Source: a virus. From it: 64,000 nt of DNA. Under the pieces are notes generated by a model. It did not search any database, was not told where the DNA came from, and saw only the letters and a list, made by a program, of their open reading frames with translations. The translations under genes and the position numbers were made by a program. Positions 61,197-64,000 of the stretch are shown here, piece by piece; position 1 is the first letter of the stretch, and each line of letters starts with the position of its first letter. Location: positions 32,001 through 96,000 of IMG/VR virus record IMGVR_UViG_3300037606_000123; one strand, written 5' to 3'.

Positions 61197-61661
61197 ATGA
61201 AATTAATAAATCACAAAACGTATTTAGAAATGGCTGATAAGTTATCTAACATTTCAAAATGTGCAAAACATAAAGTTGGCGCTTTAATCGTTAAAGATGG
61301 TAGAATTGTTAGTAATGGTGTAAATGGTACACCAAGTGGTTTTACTAATTGTTGTGATAAATTCCATGATAGTGATTTACATATTGAACCAAAACGTACG
61401 GAACATAGAGAGTGGGCAGAAATTTATGAAATACATGCAGAGATGAATGCTATCTTGTTTGCAGGTAAAAAAGGGGTAAGATTAGAAAACGCTACACTTT
61501 ATTGTAATTTAGAACCATGTTTTAATTGTTTAAAACATGCAATAACTGTAGGTATTAAAACAATATACTATTCTAAAAAACATAAATCAAATATAGAATC
61601 AGAAGAAGCACTTAATTTAATAAATAAATTAAACATAAAAATTATCCATATTGAAATTTGA
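61197..61661 (+). CDS. dCMP deaminase
   Basis: KVGALIVKDGRIVSNGVNGTP, HAEMNA, PCFNC. Confidence 0.9.
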   Translation: MKLINHKTYLEMADKLSNISKCAKHKVGALIVKDGRIVSNGVNGTPSGFTNCCDKFHDSDLHIEPKRTEHREWAEIYEIHAEMNAILFAGKKGVRLENATLYCNLEPCFNCLKHAITVGIKTIYYSKKHKSNIESEEALNLINKLNIKIIHIEI

Positions 61662-62182
61662 AAACATTACACATTAATTTTTGGGCCGGACCGGGCACAG
61701 GAAAATCAACAATTGCCGCAGCTATTTTTGCAAACTTAAAATGGTTAGATAAAGATTGTGAATTAATTAGTGAGTACGCTAAAGATATGGTTTGGGAAGA
61801 ATCATTTAAAAAATTAACAAATCAGATTTATATTTTTAGTAAACAACACAAAAAACATTTTGTATTAGACGGTAAAGTTGATTATGTTATTACAGATTCA
61901 GCAATACCATTAACATGTATTTATGATAATGATACAAAATATTTAAAAGAATTAGTATTATCAGAATTTAATAAGTTTAATAATTTAAACATTTTATTAA
62001 AACGCACAAAAAAATATAATACGAACGGACGGACACAAACCTTTGATGAAGCTATTAGTGTTGATAATAAGATACTAAACTTTATGAAAAATTGCCATAT
62101 ACCATATTATGAATTAGACGCAACACCCGATTGTGTACAACAAATAATGGATATAATAAAAAATACCAAACCTATGATTTGA
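61658..62182 (+). CDS. NadR/AAA_28-like nucleotide kinase (TTG start)
   Basis: AGPGTGKST, SEYAK, ITDSA, GRTQT. Confidence 0.75.
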   Translation: MKTLHINFWAGPGTGKSTIAAAIFANLKWLDKDCELISEYAKDMVWEESFKKLTNQIYIFSKQHKKHFVLDGKVDYVITDSAIPLTCIYDNDTKYLKELVLSEFNKFNNLNILLKRTKKYNTNGRTQTFDEAISVDNKILNFMKNCHIPYYELDATPDCVQQIMDIIKNTKPMI

Positions 62183-62997
62183 ATAAAATTACAGTTGAAG
62201 AAATTCAAGAAAAATTAAAATATTTTGATGATCCAAAATTTATTTTTAATGCAGAAGAACACGTTTATCGATATGATAATAAAAGAATATTTGGAGTTAC
62301 ATCATTTTTAGAAAGATTTATAAAACAATTTGATTCAGATTTTTGGTCAAAGAAAAAAGCAGAACAAGCTGGTATAACACAAGAAGAAATGTTAGCCCAA
62401 TGGGATGCAAAACGAGATAGATCGTGTGATTTAGGACATTGTGTTCATGATTACATTGAAAAATTTTATATGGAAGGTTCTGAATTATTAACAGAAGATG
62501 TTGAAGCTAATGAAAGAATTGTAAAATTTCATACAATATATGAAAGTAAATTAAAATCACTAACACCAATAGGTTCAGAAATTAGAGTATTTTCTAAAAA
62601 ATGGGGTATAGCAGGAACATTAGATCAGTTATATTTATATGAAGGATCAGTTATTATTGGTGACTGGAAAACAAATAAAGAAATTAAAACAGATAAATCA
62701 TATTGTTTCAATAAATTATTACCACCATTTCAAAATTATAAAGATAATGAATTAAATAAATATTCATTACAAATATCTTTATATAGACTATTATTAGAAG
62801 AAGCTGGAATACATACCGATTATGGTTTTATTTGTCATATTCCTGGAAAAGGCGATGCAGCTATTTATAAATTAAAAGATTTTAGAGCAGAATTAAAAAC
62901 ATATTTTAATCATATGTTTTTAAATGATATTGAATTAACAGATGCAATAGAATTAAAAAAATTAAGTAAAGAAATAAAATTATCAAAAGTTTGGTAA
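62179..62997 (+). CDS. PD-(D/E)XK (Cas4-like) exonuclease (start revised to TTG 62179)
   Basis: GVTSFL, G..VHDYIE, AGTLDQL, IGDWKTN, YSLQISLY. Confidence 0.82.
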   Translation: MNKITVEEIQEKLKYFDDPKFIFNAEEHVYRYDNKRIFGVTSFLERFIKQFDSDFWSKKKAEQAGITQEEMLAQWDAKRDRSCDLGHCVHDYIEKFYMEGSELLTEDVEANERIVKFHTIYESKLKSLTPIGSEIRVFSKKWGIAGTLDQLYLYEGSVIIGDWKTNKEIKTDKSYCFNKLLPPFQNYKDNELNKYSLQISLYRLLLEEAGIHTDYGFICHIPGKGDAAIYKLKDFRAELKTYFNHMFLNDIELTDAIELKKLSKEIKLSKVW

Positions 62998-63016
62998 TTT
63001 TTATTATATTTGTATT

Positions 63017-63592
63017 ATGAATAAAATTATATTTGTTGAAGGTGCTCGCAACGTTGGAAAAACGTTTCTTTTAGATAAATTAGATAATGATTACATTATT
63101 TATAAATTTCCATTCAGTCAATATTTTAATGAATTACATACATACAATATTAATGAAGAAAAACAAAAATTAAATTCAGACCCAAAGTTATTCTTTTTAA
63201 CTTTGGGTTATGATATTACAATACTTGATTTAGCATCCAAAGGACTTCTTAAACAAGATTTATTTGTAGATAGAGGTATTATATCAGATTTAGTATTTGG
63301 AATACAAGCAGGACGTATAAATAAAGAATTTGCTATTGTTGTATTAAAATGGATCATTGAAAATTATGGTGATGTTTTTAAAATATTATATATTACAGCA
63401 GATAATAAAACAGATGAACGCGCTAAAGATGATTGGAATCATTATGATAAATCATTATCAAATGAAATATTTTTTAATTTAATAAAAGATATTAATGTTT
63501 TTCCATATTATTTTAATAACGATTTTAATAATGAATCAATTATTAGATTTAAAAAATGTGTTTCTAATATAACAACGGATATTATTTTTTAA
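63017..63592 (+). CDS. Nucleoside monophosphate kinase-like protein
   Basis: VEGARNVGKT, FVDRG. Confidence 0.7.
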   Translation: MNKIIFVEGARNVGKTFLLDKLDNDYIIYKFPFSQYFNELHTYNINEEKQKLNSDPKLFFLTLGYDITILDLASKGLLKQDLFVDRGIISDLVFGIQAGRINKEFAIVVLKWIIENYGDVFKILYITADNKTDERAKDDWNHYDKSLSNEIFFNLIKDINVFPYYFNNDFNNESIIRFKKCVSNITTDIIF

Positions 63593-63594
63593 AA

Positions 63595-63975
63595 TTAATT
63601 ACTAATCCATTTTTTACCATTCCAATATGACCAATCAACATTACCTGGAACCCATTCCATATCAATTTCAATATTTAATTTATCAATATTATCATATTTT
63701 TTTACTACTGTATTAATAATCCAATCATTTAATGCTTTTATATCAAAAGGATTTGAATCACCTAAAACTATTGCAAGTTTTAATTCTTTTTTATTATAAT
63801 AAGTGTTTCCATATTCACCATTACACATTAAATGTAATGCTTCCGCAAATTTTTGTAATCGTTTCATATCAATAATGCTATCAAAAGTAATAATATTATT
63901 TTCATTAATAGAATCTATTGATTCATAATGTGTTATTTTTTTATTATTTTTAAATTTATTAATAGTTGTTATCAT
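63595..63975 (-). CDS. Putative internal head protein
   Basis: N-terminal MITTINKFKN..SINE. Confidence 0.65.
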   Translation of the reverse strand: MITTINKFKNNKKITHYESIDSINENNIITFDSIIDMKRLQKFAEALHLMCNGEYGNTYYNKKELKLAIVLGDSNPFDIKALNDWIINTVVKKYDNIDKLNIEIDMEWVPGNVDWSYWNGKKWISN

Positions 63976-64000
63976 AATATTATATATTATTTTTATTTAA

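Noticed and set aside
61197-61661. TadA-like deaminase for the A34 tRNAs
   Set aside because: NGVNGTP..GFTNC and HAEMNA motifs fit dCMP deaminase, in a nucleotide-metabolism operon

Overview
AT-rich 64-kb segment of a large T4-like myovirus (jumbo phage), standard genetic code. The likely host is Bacteroidota: TAnnTTTG promoter boxes recur and start codons lack clear SD motifs. Contents: tail/baseplate and fibre-like genes; DNA metabolism genes (gp32-like SSB, gp46/SbcC split by an intein, RuvC-like, RadA-like, dCMP deaminase, kinases); several homing endonucleases; and a large translation-support kit (9 tRNA/tRNA-like genes, one with a group I intron, tmRNA, SmpB, ClpP, Tpt1/KptA). Main discovery: each of the three tRNA units is preceded by an unannotated leader peptide, an antiterminator and an intrinsic terminator. 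The leader codons match the downstream tRNAs (a Gln-rich leader before tRNA-Gln; ATA/GCN/GGN before Gly-Ile-Ala; TTA/CTT/ATT/ACN before the Leu/Ile cluster). This suggests ribosome-sensing attenuators that switch on phage tRNAs when the cognate host tRNA is depleted. Other highlights: a permuted 23S rRNA H69/H70 look-alike, two structurally aberrant tRNAs, a 38-aa tmRNA tag, an atypically split intein, and a family of proteins with T4-like capsid-targeting N-termini, three of them GNAT-like. All family assignments come from motif recognition by eye; no database searches were run.
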